Below the pieces are notes generated by a model that was given only the letters and a program-made list of their open reading frames with translations, had not been told where the DNA came from and did not search any database. Positions 20,301-29,009 of a DNA stretch of 64,000 nucleotides are shown here, piece by piece. Position 1 is the first letter of the stretch; every line of letters starts with the position of its first letter. The position numbers were made by a program, and so were the translations under genes. This DNA is from Chloroherpetonaceae bacterium (GTDB lineage: Bacteria; Bacteroidota; Chlorobiia; Chlorobiales; Thermochlorobacteraceae): assembly GCA_025056565.1 (NCBI GenBank), contig JANWWA010000003.1, positions 100,263 through 164,262 of the forward strand, in the 5' to 3' direction.

Positions 20301-23112
20301 CGATGACCGCATTGAGATTAGGTTAGACAAAAAAACTTACAAGCCGGGCGAAATTGCGACGCTCTTTATTCAATCGCCTTATGAGACCGCAACAGCTTTG
20401 CTGACGATTGAGCGTGAAGGGGTTTTGAGCTACCGACAATTTGAACTCAAAAGCACCGCTCCTTCCGTGCAAATTCCAATTAAGCCTGAATACCTTCCGA
20501 ATGCATTTGTCTCCGTTATGCTGCTTAGAGGCAGAACAGCGCTGCCGGGCAAGTTTAAGGAAGGTGATTTAGGCAAGCCATCGTTCAAAATCGGTTATGC
20601 AAAGATGTCAGTCGATGCGTCTTCAAAGCGACTGAGCATAGAGCTAAAGCCAAACAAGAAAGAGTATCGTGTCGGTGAAACCGTCGAGATTGAGCTTCTA
20701 ACCAAAGATGCACAGGGGCAGGGCGTGCGCGCAGAAGTGGCACTGGCAGCCGTTGATGTGGGCGTGCTAAGCCTGATCGGCTACAAGTTCCCGAATATGT
20801 TTGAACGGTTCTATGCTGCGCGCCCATTGAGTGTGCAAACTTCTATCAATGTCGTGCACCTTATTGACCAGCGCAACTACGGTGAAAAGGGCGAGACACG
20901 TGGCGGCGACAAGGGAGGCGATGGCACAGGGGGCTTTTTGTTCCGAAAAGATTTTCGCGCAACGCCTTACTGGAATCCCACAATTCTCACTGACGCAAGC
21001 GGCCAAGCCAAAGTGAGTTTCAAGCTGCCTGATAACCTTACTACCTTCCGCCTGATGGCTGCAGCGCAAACAATTGACCAGTTTGGCAACGCGCAAACTG
21101 AAATTCTTACGACGCAACCGCTGGCACTGACTGCTGCACTGCCACGCTTCGTGCGCATTGGCGATAAGTTTGAAGCCGGTGTGGTCATCACCAACAACAC
21201 TGACCAGAAAACCGCCGTGACCCTATCTGCCGCAGTGCAAGGTCTAAAATTTGTGGGCGATGGAAAAGAGAAACTCACGCTCGAGCCACGCTCCTCGAAG
21301 GAAGTTCGCTTCCGCTATGAAGCTGAAGTGGAAGGCACTGCAACCTTTGGTTTCACAGCAGAAAGTGACGCGGGCTATCGTGATGCACTCAAAATCTCAA
21401 TCCCTGTGCAGACGCCTTATACCAAAGAAACGCTGGCGTTGATAGGTTCAACGGAAGGTGCGCAAACTGAAATTGTCAAAATTCCAAAAGCGGTGTATCC
21501 AAATGTGGGCGAAGTATCCGTGCAGGCAGCGTCTACTGCGCTGGTTGGCTTGCGCGAAGCCGTGCAGTATGTCTTTGACTATCCTTACGGCTGCTTGGAA
21601 CAACGCGCATCGAGTATCTTGCCTTACATCGTGGCTAACGACCTCATTGAGACCTTGGGGCTTAAAACTAAAGCTGACACGGCACAAGGTGGGTTTAGAG
21701 CAGTGGTAGAGAAAACCTTAGCAGACTTTGAAAAATACCGTGTGCCGTCAGGTGGGTTTGACTATTGGCCTCAGCCGTGGCGAGCCAGCGACTATGTCTC
21801 GGTCTATGCAACCTACACGATGACACTCGCCAAACTCAAAGGATTTGCAGTCTCGAGCAATCTGCATCAACACAGCATTGAATACCTGCGGCGCATCTTG
21901 CGCAAGAGTAACGATGCATATTTCGGATACTACGCAACCAGTAGCCTCAAGGCGTTTGCACTCTATACGCTGGCACTAAACGGTGAATTCGATAACTCTG
22001 CTGCTGAAAAACTCTATTCGGAACGGGCAACTTTACCCTTAGAAGCCAAAGCATACCTCCTTCGTGCAATGGTGCTACAAGGGGCACCTAAACTGGCAAG
22101 CCTGAGTGGCACCGGTACAACTACAAATCGATTCCAAGCACGCATCGCTGAACTCTCACGTGAGATGATAAACCTTGCTAAAATTCAAAACGCAACAGTG
22201 CATTTTGAAGATGGTTCAAAAAACGATTGGATATGGACATTTAATTCACCTGTAAAAATCACTGCAGTGGTGCTGCAGGCGCTCTTGGAAGCAGAGCAGG
22301 GCAAAGATTTGGCTGAAAAAGTCGTAGCGTGGCTTTTGCAATCGCAGCGCAAGGGACGTTGGGAAACGACGCAAGAAAATATCTTTGTCTTGCAAGCTCT
22401 AAACACCTACTTTCGCAAATATGAGGGCGATGTGCCTGACTTTCGGGCAAAAGTAACACTGGCTGCGCAAACACTGCTCGAGGAGAGCTTCAAAGGTCGC
22501 TCTCTCAAAGCAAAAGTAGCGACAGAAAGTCTCGATAAATTTGCCAAAGGCGATGCCCTGTCGCTCACTGTCAGCAAAGAAGGACAAGGCAAGCTATACT
22601 ACGGGGTGCGACTGTCATATTACCCAACCTACGCACTAAAGCCGAAGGACAATGGCATTGCCATTTTCAAGAAAATCGAGCCACTTTCTCGTGAAAAACG
22701 AAACAAAGGCGAAGTGGGGGCAGGTGACATTGTAAAGATTACTTTGCAAATCGCTGTGCCAGAAGAATTGCATTATGTTGCAGTAAATGACCCATTGGCG
22801 GCAGGTCTGGAAGCTATTAACCCTACGCTAAACACATCGCCACGTCTTCCACAAGAAAGCAGTTATACAGAGGAGGAAAGTGAGGCAGCGCCCGATGCGC
22901 CATTGTACAGCTTCGATTTCATTGAGCTACGCGATGACCGTGTAACGCTGTTTGCCGAGCGCTTGCGTGCTGGAATACACACCTACACCTACTATGCTCG
23001 CGCAACAACTTATGGCAGCTTTGTTATGCCACCCAGTTATGGCGAAGAGATGTATGCGCCTGAAGTTTACGGCAGAACCGGCACTTCAAGGCTCAAAGTG
23101 GTAGCAAAGTAG
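17380..23112 (+). CDS. Bacterial alpha-2-macroglobulin family lipoprotein with intact thioester motif
   Basis: 1910 aa. The signal peptide ends in a lipobox-like ASAC. The thioester motif YPYGCLEQ places the Cys codon at 21592..21594. MG-domain-like repeats run throughout, with an A2M receptor-binding-like C-terminus. Confidence 0.9.
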   Translation: MLKLMRYFALGLWLIGFAASACKKGDDFAPFEAGQLGALTTEEKPTLATNETLSILSATPMGELESYSDALTIAVTFNQPMVEVSDETQSESLQGLLKIEPTVKGTYRWLGSRTLIFTPSDSLPLATTFKVIVPKGTKALSGKALNEDYTFEFMTLRPRIVQIAPIEQVGLQDEIIVKFNQPVTAEIGGKLALQNSSGAEVKFTVRPVSFDELQKKQEMFRKSQQHSEAYLLSTSKPSELLFLKPAALQVGETYKLLFKKSSVETQTFSFETFRKFEFVGEREQRIAPSDDIVLQFSNPVFRSELMQRLSFSSKVDSAYLRLDPAEEDYASTLHYLQLGFKPATTERITISKNLTDRFGNTLPNDVVVTVKVGDYPERVVMPTGYLTIEHDMPFLEVRAMNTARATLKLAALTPEEVMTVYPYGFYETQEEKLPFGLRTVSIVFKNRKNQLSVEPVDLRTVLEGKSSGFVFAQLESAPYDETTQSYQAIYQRALIQVTPFAVSAKHSKDGSLVMVTRLKDASPVAGASVRAFTRNRSLLWSGMTNADGVAIVPELREAPTYFFVEHNGEVGYSESSFSEGIEPYRFELYERQYEYEEDAVASSETLHGVIFTERGLYRAGETVYFKGTLREYRNSKWQLPRRRSYYLLVKNSRDETLLRRKITLNDFGSFADSIKIATAAPLGYYNIWLKEDEGDDFYPSVANASFRVEAYRPATFSVKVLPDQQSVLNGSELRATIEARYLFGAPMTGDKVSWSIQRSPLDFITFEGYDGYTFGKVRQYGEPTEDETNYLLASGSGVIDNLGQYKFSQKIDLKLTQPAVLTLEGTVTSPARQAISERVSLRFHPAEFYIGLKPKSLFARENEPLGLDVVTLSPEGKPRSEKVTVELVHRQWVSVRRLGVGGRLEWSSEPVDSLVFKQDLTTKENEPLALSLPIRAAGFYRIRATGKDAKGNLALSETYLFATGSSYAAWERRDDDRIEIRLDKKTYKPGEIATLFIQSPYETATALLTIEREGVLSYRQFELKSTAPSVQIPIKPEYLPNAFVSVMLLRGRTALPGKFKEGDLGKPSFKIGYAKMSVDASSKRLSIELKPNKKEYRVGETVEIELLTKDAQGQGVRAEVALAAVDVGVLSLIGYKFPNMFERFYAARPLSVQTSINVVHLIDQRNYGEKGETRGGDKGGDGTGGFLFRKDFRATPYWNPTILTDASGQAKVSFKLPDNLTTFRLMAAAQTIDQFGNAQTEILTTQPLALTAALPRFVRIGDKFEAGVVITNNTDQKTAVTLSAAVQGLKFVGDGKEKLTLEPRSSKEVRFRYEAEVEGTATFGFTAESDAGYRDALKISIPVQTPYTKETLALIGSTEGAQTEIVKIPKAVYPNVGEVSVQAASTALVGLREAVQYVFDYPYGCLEQRASSILPYIVANDLIETLGLKTKADTAQGGFRAVVEKTLADFEKYRVPSGGFDYWPQPWRASDYVSVYATYTMTLAKLKGFAVSSNLHQHSIEYLRRILRKSNDAYFGYYATSSLKAFALYTLALNGEFDNSAAEKLYSERATLPLEAKAYLLRAMVLQGAPKLASLSGTGTTTNRFQARIAELSREMINLAKIQNATVHFEDGSKNDWIWTFNSPVKITAVVLQALLEAEQGKDLAEKVVAWLLQSQRKGRWETTQENIFVLQALNTYFRKYEGDVPDFRAKVTLAAQTLLEESFKGRSLKAKVATESLDKFAKGDALSLTVSKEGQGKLYYGVRLSYYPTYALKPKDNGIAIFKKIEPLSREKRNKGEVGAGDIVKITLQIAVPEELHYVAVNDPLAAGLEAINPTLNTSPRLPQESSYTEEESEAAPDAPLYSFDFIELRDDRVTLFAERLRAGIHTYTYYARATTYGSFVMPPSYGEEMYAPEVYGRTGTSRLKVVAK

Positions 23113-23196
23113 TAGCAGGAAGCCAGCACGAAGCAATCTTCTTTTGCCAAGCCCATGAGTCAAAGTTGGTGTAAGAGATAGGCTTTTCTGGAACGC

Positions 23197-23979
23197 TCAG
23201 ACAGGGGTGCTCTTGGGAAAAGAGACAGGAAGATACTTATCTAAAAAGGCTTTGATACCAGAGAGGTAATTAGGGCTATGAATGGCATCATCATGTCCAT
23301 AGCGAACCTGCAGAAATTCTTTTGGCGACTTTGCAGCTTCAAATACGCGCTTACCGTGCTCAAAGGGCACGACTTCATCATCGGGACTGTGGATGACAAG
23401 AACAGGGCAGTTGGCTTGTGCAATGTGAGCCAAGTTGTCGTAGCGTGAGCGCATAATTTTGCGAAGTGGAAAGTAGGGGTAGAAGCACTTAGCGATTTGT
23501 TTCATCGTGGTAAAGGTCGCCTGCAAAATCACTGCCCCAGCTTTGACCTCTTTGCTCAGCCAAGCAGCTACGCCACCACCTAATGAATGTCCGAAAATAA
23601 TAATGTGTTCAGGTAAGATATGCTTTTGTTCTACCAAGTAGCTCCAAGCTGCTTTTCCGTCACGGTAGAGTCCATCTTCGGAGGGTTGGCCGTCGCTTTG
23701 ACCAAAGCCGCGATAGTCAAATGTAAAGACATGCAAGCTAAGCTGATGAAATGCCTTGATTTGGTCCAGTTGGTAGGATACATTGCCTGAATTGCCGTGA
23801 CAGAGCAAAACGGTCGCACGGGCGTGGGGCACAGGCACCCACCACCCGTGCAGCTTAACGCCATCGCTTGCGACGAAGTAGATGCTTTCAAACTCAAGCC
23901 CATGTTCGGCTGGAGTGGTGACAAGCGATTTTTGCGGCGCGTAAATAAAGTATCTCTCAATGCTTGAGAGCAGTCCCAT
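23197..23979 (-). CDS. Alpha/beta-fold serine hydrolase (BEM46/ABHD13-like)
   Basis: Oxyanion HGNSGN, nucleophile elbow GHSLGG, acid IHSPDDEVV and His in RYGHDD. Confidence 0.8.
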   Translation of the reverse strand: MGLLSSIERYFIYAPQKSLVTTPAEHGLEFESIYFVASDGVKLHGWWVPVPHARATVLLCHGNSGNVSYQLDQIKAFHQLSLHVFTFDYRGFGQSDGQPSEDGLYRDGKAAWSYLVEQKHILPEHIIIFGHSLGGGVAAWLSKEVKAGAVILQATFTTMKQIAKCFYPYFPLRKIMRSRYDNLAHIAQANCPVLVIHSPDDEVVPFEHGKRVFEAAKSPKEFLQVRYGHDDAIHSPNYLSGIKAFLDKYLPVSFPKSTPV

Positions 23980-24003
23980 ACTGTTCTGACCGACAGCACA
24001 AAC

Positions 24004-24351
24004 CTAACAGGTCTGTATTTCTGTTTTGAGATGAATTTCTTCTAAGATGGCGCTCACGCGCAGGCATTCTTCCATTCCACCATCAAATACAATTGCTTTG
24101 CCTTTGGTATGTACTTCCCACGTATAGGCCTCTGCTTTCTCACGCCCACACCGAATCGCTTTCATAAGCTGGTTGATAACTTCTTCGAAGGTGTGATAGT
24201 CGTCATTGAAGAGCACGACCTTGTAAGGTTCATCAGTGATGGTATCTGTATCATCTTCGCGCTCTTGCGTTAGAAGAGAGGCTTGAATAGGCCTGATGGC
24301 CTGATGAATGAACTGCACGAAGTCTGGTTTTACGGCAACAAGTTCCTGCAT
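24004..24351 (-). CDS. clpS: ATP-dependent Clp protease adaptor ClpS
   Basis: The core YKVVLFNDDYHTFEEVINQLMKAIRCGREKAEAYTWEVHTKGKAIVFDG is the ClpS signature. Confidence 0.85.
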   Translation of the reverse strand: MQELVAVKPDFVQFIHQAIRPIQASLLTQEREDDTDTITDEPYKVVLFNDDYHTFEEVINQLMKAIRCGREKAEAYTWEVHTKGKAIVFDGGMEECLRVSAILEEIHLKTEIQTC

Positions 24352-24581
24352 AGCAATCGTTACATTTTTGGTTTCGTTGAGTTTCGAGAAGATAATCGGA
24401 AAATGCGTATTTGAAAACTTCTATGCAATTGGAAAAGTTCAGGTGCGCGGAATGCTGGCTCAATAGCAGGGGCTTGATGGAATCACCCGATATGCTGCTT
24501 TGCGTGAGACTTCAGTCGCTACACACCCAATTTACGCTCTATCGGGAGAAGCAAGCTTTAATCAGCGAGAAAATCAGGGGC

Positions 24582-26939
24582 TTAGTGGCGCGGCGGCAAG
24601 TACCGCTCTTGACCACTCTCGGAAACAGGAAGCTCTACAAAGAATGTAGCCCCTTTGTCTTTGCCTTCGGATTCAGCCCACACTTTTCCACCGTGTAGCT
24701 CGACAATTTGCTTTACAATCGCCAGTCCTAAGCCTGTGGAGCTTTCTCCGCCCGTAGGCTTTGCTGAAAGACGCTGGAACTTGCCGAAGAGTTTTTGCAT
24801 ATCTGCCTCACTGAGACCTTGCCCTTCATCTTTGACAGCAATGCGCACCACTTTTTGCAAGGTTGCAACATCTTGGTGTTCCTCCATGCTAACCCAAATG
24901 TGCTTGCCGTGTGGCGAATACTTGATAGCATTCGAGATGAGGTTATCGAACACCTGCTGAATTTTCTGACTATCCACCTCCGCTAAAATGTTAGATGCAC
25001 TGCTAAGGTGTAGGGTTTGCGATTTTGCGTGTGCATTTGGCAAGTTGGTCTCAACAGTTGCACGCAGTATGTCAGAGATGTTGACAAAAGATTTCCTAAG
25101 TCCAACGCGTCCCATATCGTAGGCAGCGACATCAAGCAAGTCAACGATGAGCTTATACATTCGTTGTGAGGAAGCAACGATAATATCCGCCATTTCTTTG
25201 TTTTCTTTGCTGGTTTCTTCTTCAGCTAAAAGCGATGCAAAGCCCATAATTGTCTGCAACGGATTCTTGAGGTCGTGCGCAGCAATCGCCAAAAATTCGT
25301 TTTTCAGTTTGTTGGCTTCAATGAGTTCATCGCGCTGACGCTCAACGAGCGCTTTCTGTCGAGCAAGCTCGAGATTTTGCGCTTCAATGAGACGGTTTTT
25401 TTCTTCCAGCGCTTTGGCTGCACGCCGTGTTTGTCGGTATGCGACGCCCCCACCAAGAATGACAACCAATGCAAACGCAATGCTGCTTAGGAAAAGCAAG
25501 CGCTGCTGCTCGGCTTCCAATTCTTTGACCTGATTGGTCTTTGCCAGTAGCTCAATTTCTTGCTGCTGGCGCAAGCGCTCCGCTTCTTGTTCTCGTAGCT
25601 TAAAGGCTTGTTCCATTTTATCTCGCTCTAAGCGTGCAATCTCAGCGAGTCGTTTTTCTTCAATGAGCTTAATCTTGACATCACGCTGCTTGATTTGAAG
25701 CGACTTGATTTCCTGAGATTTTTCTAAGAGTGAAATAGACTGCTCTTTTTCTTTCAGGGCAGCCTGTTGGAGGGCTCGATCGCGCTGCAAAATTTCAATT
25801 TCCTTCTGGCGCTGCTCCGCTTCGTAATACTCTTTGAGTTCCGCAAAACGCTTGGCGGCCTGCATTGTGAAGATAGAGTCTTTGTAGGCAGTGTAAAGCG
25901 TGTAGGCATCTAAGGCATCGCGCGTGTTGCCAAGTTGAAACTGAATGGTGTAAAGCTGATGATAAGCATTCTTCAGGTCTGGCTTGGCGTTGATAGCTTT
26001 TGCGGCATCAAGGCTTTTGAGTGTGTAGCTCAGCGCATCTTGAATTTTCCCTTGCAAGCGGTAGATGCGTCCGATATTAAGCAGCGTGGCGGGCAAACCC
26101 TGCGCATCACCCATATCATTTTTGAGTTTGAGCACAGTAAAGTGGTAATCTAGTGCGTCGTAATACTTGCCTTGCTGCTCGTAGATATCGGCAATGTGGC
26201 TAAACGATGCAGCCACGCCTGCTTTATCGCCTAATTCTGCACGCACTTTCAGGGCTTGAATGTGGTAGTCAATTGCTTCTGTGTATTTGCCTTGTGAGAG
26301 ATAAAGATTGCCAATGTGGTCTTGTGTAACGGCAAGTGCCCAGCGGTCGCCCAGCCGCTCTTTCATTTCGGCGGATTTTTTGTAGTAAGTGAGTGCATAA
26401 TCATACTCACCCTGAGATTGATACATCTGTGCGAGATTGTCATAGACGATTGCAATGCCGCGTTGATCATTGGTTTGCTCAAAGAGTCGCAGAGCTTGAA
26501 GATGATAGTCTAAGGCATCTGCAAATTTCCCTTCAGCGCGATAGACGGCAGCCATGCTTGCCAAAGTATGAGCAATGCCGCGCTGATCACCTAACTCGTG
26601 CTTCAAGGCAAGAGCACGGCTGTAATAGTTAATTGAGCTACGATAACGCCCTCGCACGAAGGTGATAAAGCCGAGATTATCAAGCGATTGTGCAATACCT
26701 ACCTTGTAGGCTAATTGCTCAGAAAGTTCCAGTGCTGCCTGTGCCAAGCTATCTGCAAAGCGGTAGTTCCCCTTCTGGCACGACTTAATAGCCATCGCGT
26801 TTAAGACTTGCACTCGTGCGCTGTCCGTTGCGCCATAAAGAAAACCAGCTAATTGCTCAGGATAGTAAGGCTGTGCCGCCGCTGTATTGGCAGCGGTAAC
26901 TAAACCAAGTATGAGTAAAGCAGCAGAGACGACATACAT
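24582..26939 (-). CDS. TPR-repeat sensor histidine kinase (no cognate response regulator nearby)
   Basis: Signal/TM segment, about 8 TPR repeats, a coiled coil and a TM helix. H-box LAIAAHDLKNPLQ, N-box NLISNAIKYSP, G-boxes DEGQGL and GLGLAIVKQIV. Confidence 0.85.
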   Translation of the reverse strand: MYVVSAALLILGLVTAANTAAAQPYYPEQLAGFLYGATDSARVQVLNAMAIKSCQKGNYRFADSLAQAALELSEQLAYKVGIAQSLDNLGFITFVRGRYRSSINYYSRALALKHELGDQRGIAHTLASMAAVYRAEGKFADALDYHLQALRLFEQTNDQRGIAIVYDNLAQMYQSQGEYDYALTYYKKSAEMKERLGDRWALAVTQDHIGNLYLSQGKYTEAIDYHIQALKVRAELGDKAGVAASFSHIADIYEQQGKYYDALDYHFTVLKLKNDMGDAQGLPATLLNIGRIYRLQGKIQDALSYTLKSLDAAKAINAKPDLKNAYHQLYTIQFQLGNTRDALDAYTLYTAYKDSIFTMQAAKRFAELKEYYEAEQRQKEIEILQRDRALQQAALKEKEQSISLLEKSQEIKSLQIKQRDVKIKLIEEKRLAEIARLERDKMEQAFKLREQEAERLRQQQEIELLAKTNQVKELEAEQQRLLFLSSIAFALVVILGGGVAYRQTRRAAKALEEKNRLIEAQNLELARQKALVERQRDELIEANKLKNEFLAIAAHDLKNPLQTIMGFASLLAEEETSKENKEMADIIVASSQRMYKLIVDLLDVAAYDMGRVGLRKSFVNISDILRATVETNLPNAHAKSQTLHLSSASNILAEVDSQKIQQVFDNLISNAIKYSPHGKHIWVSMEEHQDVATLQKVVRIAVKDEGQGLSEADMQKLFGKFQRLSAKPTGGESSTGLGLAIVKQIVELHGGKVWAESEGKDKGATFFVELPVSESGQERYLPPRH

Positions 26940-27064
26940 ATCCTTGACTCCCTTTCTTCATTCAATAGCAAGTTATGCCAGCAAGTTTATTGCAATTTTA
27001 AGCAAGTAGCTTTGGGGCGTATGTGATTTAGGCAACGCTGTTTTGCTGGGCGCAAACGCTGTGC

Positions 27065-28882
27065 TTAACTGAGGTCAAACTGCAACTCGGACAAAGTCCG
27101 ATAAATGCCATGTTCTAACTCCATCAGTTCTTGATGTGTGCCTTGCTCCATCACTTGCCCATCTTTAACCACAATGATTTTATCCGCTGTGCGCACGGTT
27201 GAGAGCCGATGTGCGATGATGAATGTCGTGCGCCCTTGCATTAAGGTTTCCAGAGCATCTTGCACCAGTCGCTCCGACTCAGAGTCCAGTGAGCTGGTGG
27301 CTTCATCTAAAATGAGGATAGCTGGGTTTTTAAGAATAGCGCGTGCAATCGCAATGCGCTGGCGCTGACCACCTGAGAGCTTGATGCCTCGCTCGCCAAC
27401 GATGGTCTTGTAGCCCTCTGGAAACAAAGATACAAACTCGTGGGCGTGTGCTTTCTTAGCGGCTTCAATAATTTCAGCCTCACTTGCATCAGGCTTGCCA
27501 TATGCGATGTTTTCAGCAATCGTTCCCCCAAAAAGTAAAACATCTTGCGGCACAATTGACATCTGCTTTCGCAACGCGGTTAAGTCATATTCTTGGCTGT
27601 CTTTGCCGTCGATTAAAATGGCGCCAGCATCAGGAGTGTAAAAGCGTAGGAGCAGGCTCACAATGGTTGATTTCCCAGCACCAGACGGTCCGACCAGTGC
27701 CACGCGCTCGCCTGAACGCACGGAGAACGAAACACCTTTTAAGACCTTCACCTCCTTGCGAGAGGGATAGCTGAACTCCACATTTCGAAACTCTACATCC
27801 CCTTTAAGGCGTGGCAGCGCCGCGGCGCGCTCGGTAGCGTGGAGCGAACAATCTACGGCTTCCGTCGGCTCACGCAGAATTTCACGAATGCGCTCGGTGG
27901 CACCTACAGCACGCTGAATCTGACTGTATAGCTCCGCAAAGCTACCCATTGCAGCACCGACAAACGTCGTGTAGAGAATAAACGAAGTTAGCTCGCCCAC
28001 AGTCAACTCGCCAGCCTGCACAAAGCGCGCACCAACCCATAACACCAAAATAATTGCTCCAAAAAGACCAAAAATGATAAACGAAAAGAAAGCACTGCGA
28101 AAACGTGCGTTGCGAAGCACAGTAGCCAGATAAGTCCCAATGGCACGCTGGTAGCGTGAGATTTCATAGTGTTCGTTTGCAAATGCCTTGACATTTGCAA
28201 TACCCTGCAGCGTCTCTTCTACAACCGTGCTGCTGTCTGCTAGCTTATCTTGCGCCTCACGTGAGAGCTGGCGAATCTTACGCCCAAAATAAACTGCCAG
28301 CGCAATAAGCAAAGGCAGCGACAGCAGCATCACAGCAGTAAGTTTGATGGAGGTGTAAAAAATCAAAATCAAGCCGCCAACCAGAATTGTAGCTTGGCGA
28401 AGCAATTGCGCAAGCGTAAGCGTCAAGGTCTCCTGCAGCTGTGCAAGGTCGGCTGAAAGTCGGCTTGTAAGCTCACCGACACGCCGCTGAGCAAAAAACG
28501 ACATAGGCAAGGCAACAATCTTAGCATATGTCTCTTTGCGGAGGTCGCTAAGGCTACGCTCACCTACTTCCACAAACCAAAGTGACTGGTAGTAGCTTAG
28601 CACGGCTTGCAAGGCTAAGGCAGTAAAAAGCACCAGAGCAATGTGGTCAATGTCGCCAAAGAATCCCTGACCTGTGCCGCGCAGCGCACCGTCAATGAGC
28701 TGACCTGTGATATATGGGAAAACCAAGCCCAGCAGGCTTGAAACCAACAGCGCAAAAAGCGCCGCAAAAAATTTCGTGCGATACGGCAGAAGGTAGCGAA
28801 AAATCGCAAGGGCTTCTTTCAGCGATTCTTTGCTTAGCTTCGCAGGTGCAGCGTCTGGTTTTTCTTTGCGTACCATAGTCAC
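27065..28882 (-). CDS. ABC exporter, fused permease and ATPase (MsbA/ABCB type)
   Basis: Six-TM N-terminal domain. Walker A GPSGAGKST, signature LSGGQRQRIAIARA, Walker B ILILDEATSSLD and H-loop IIAHRLST. Confidence 0.9.
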   Translation of the reverse strand: MTMVRKEKPDAAPAKLSKESLKEALAIFRYLLPYRTKFFAALFALLVSSLLGLVFPYITGQLIDGALRGTGQGFFGDIDHIALVLFTALALQAVLSYYQSLWFVEVGERSLSDLRKETYAKIVALPMSFFAQRRVGELTSRLSADLAQLQETLTLTLAQLLRQATILVGGLILIFYTSIKLTAVMLLSLPLLIALAVYFGRKIRQLSREAQDKLADSSTVVEETLQGIANVKAFANEHYEISRYQRAIGTYLATVLRNARFRSAFFSFIIFGLFGAIILVLWVGARFVQAGELTVGELTSFILYTTFVGAAMGSFAELYSQIQRAVGATERIREILREPTEAVDCSLHATERAAALPRLKGDVEFRNVEFSYPSRKEVKVLKGVSFSVRSGERVALVGPSGAGKSTIVSLLLRFYTPDAGAILIDGKDSQEYDLTALRKQMSIVPQDVLLFGGTIAENIAYGKPDASEAEIIEAAKKAHAHEFVSLFPEGYKTIVGERGIKLSGGQRQRIAIARAILKNPAILILDEATSSLDSESERLVQDALETLMQGRTTFIIAHRLSTVRTADKIIVVKDGQVMEQGTHQELMELEHGIYRTLSELQFDLS

Positions 28883-28967
28883 TTGCCTTGTTCTCAGAGC
28901 AAATTAAAAAACGCCACGAGTTTAGAATCTGTTCTGCAATCCTGCCCTGGAAAGAAAAAGTTTTCAC

Positions 28968-29002
28968 AGAAAAAGGGGTGTCTCTGTTGTGCTGTAGAGA
29001 CC
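28968..29002 (-). terminator. Possible rho-independent terminator after the M28 peptidase gene
   Basis: Read on the minus strand, stem GTCTCT pairs with AGAGAC across a 10-nt loop, followed by ACCCCTTTTTCTG. Confidence 0.4.
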
Positions 29003-29009
29003 AAAGCGC

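Noticed and set aside
25300-25800. Repetitive-looking DNA within the TPR kinase gene, checked as a possible tandem repeat or CRISPR-like array
   Set aside because: The periodicity comes from a Gln/Glu/Lys/Leu-rich coiled-coil coding segment. There are no exact direct repeats or spacers.
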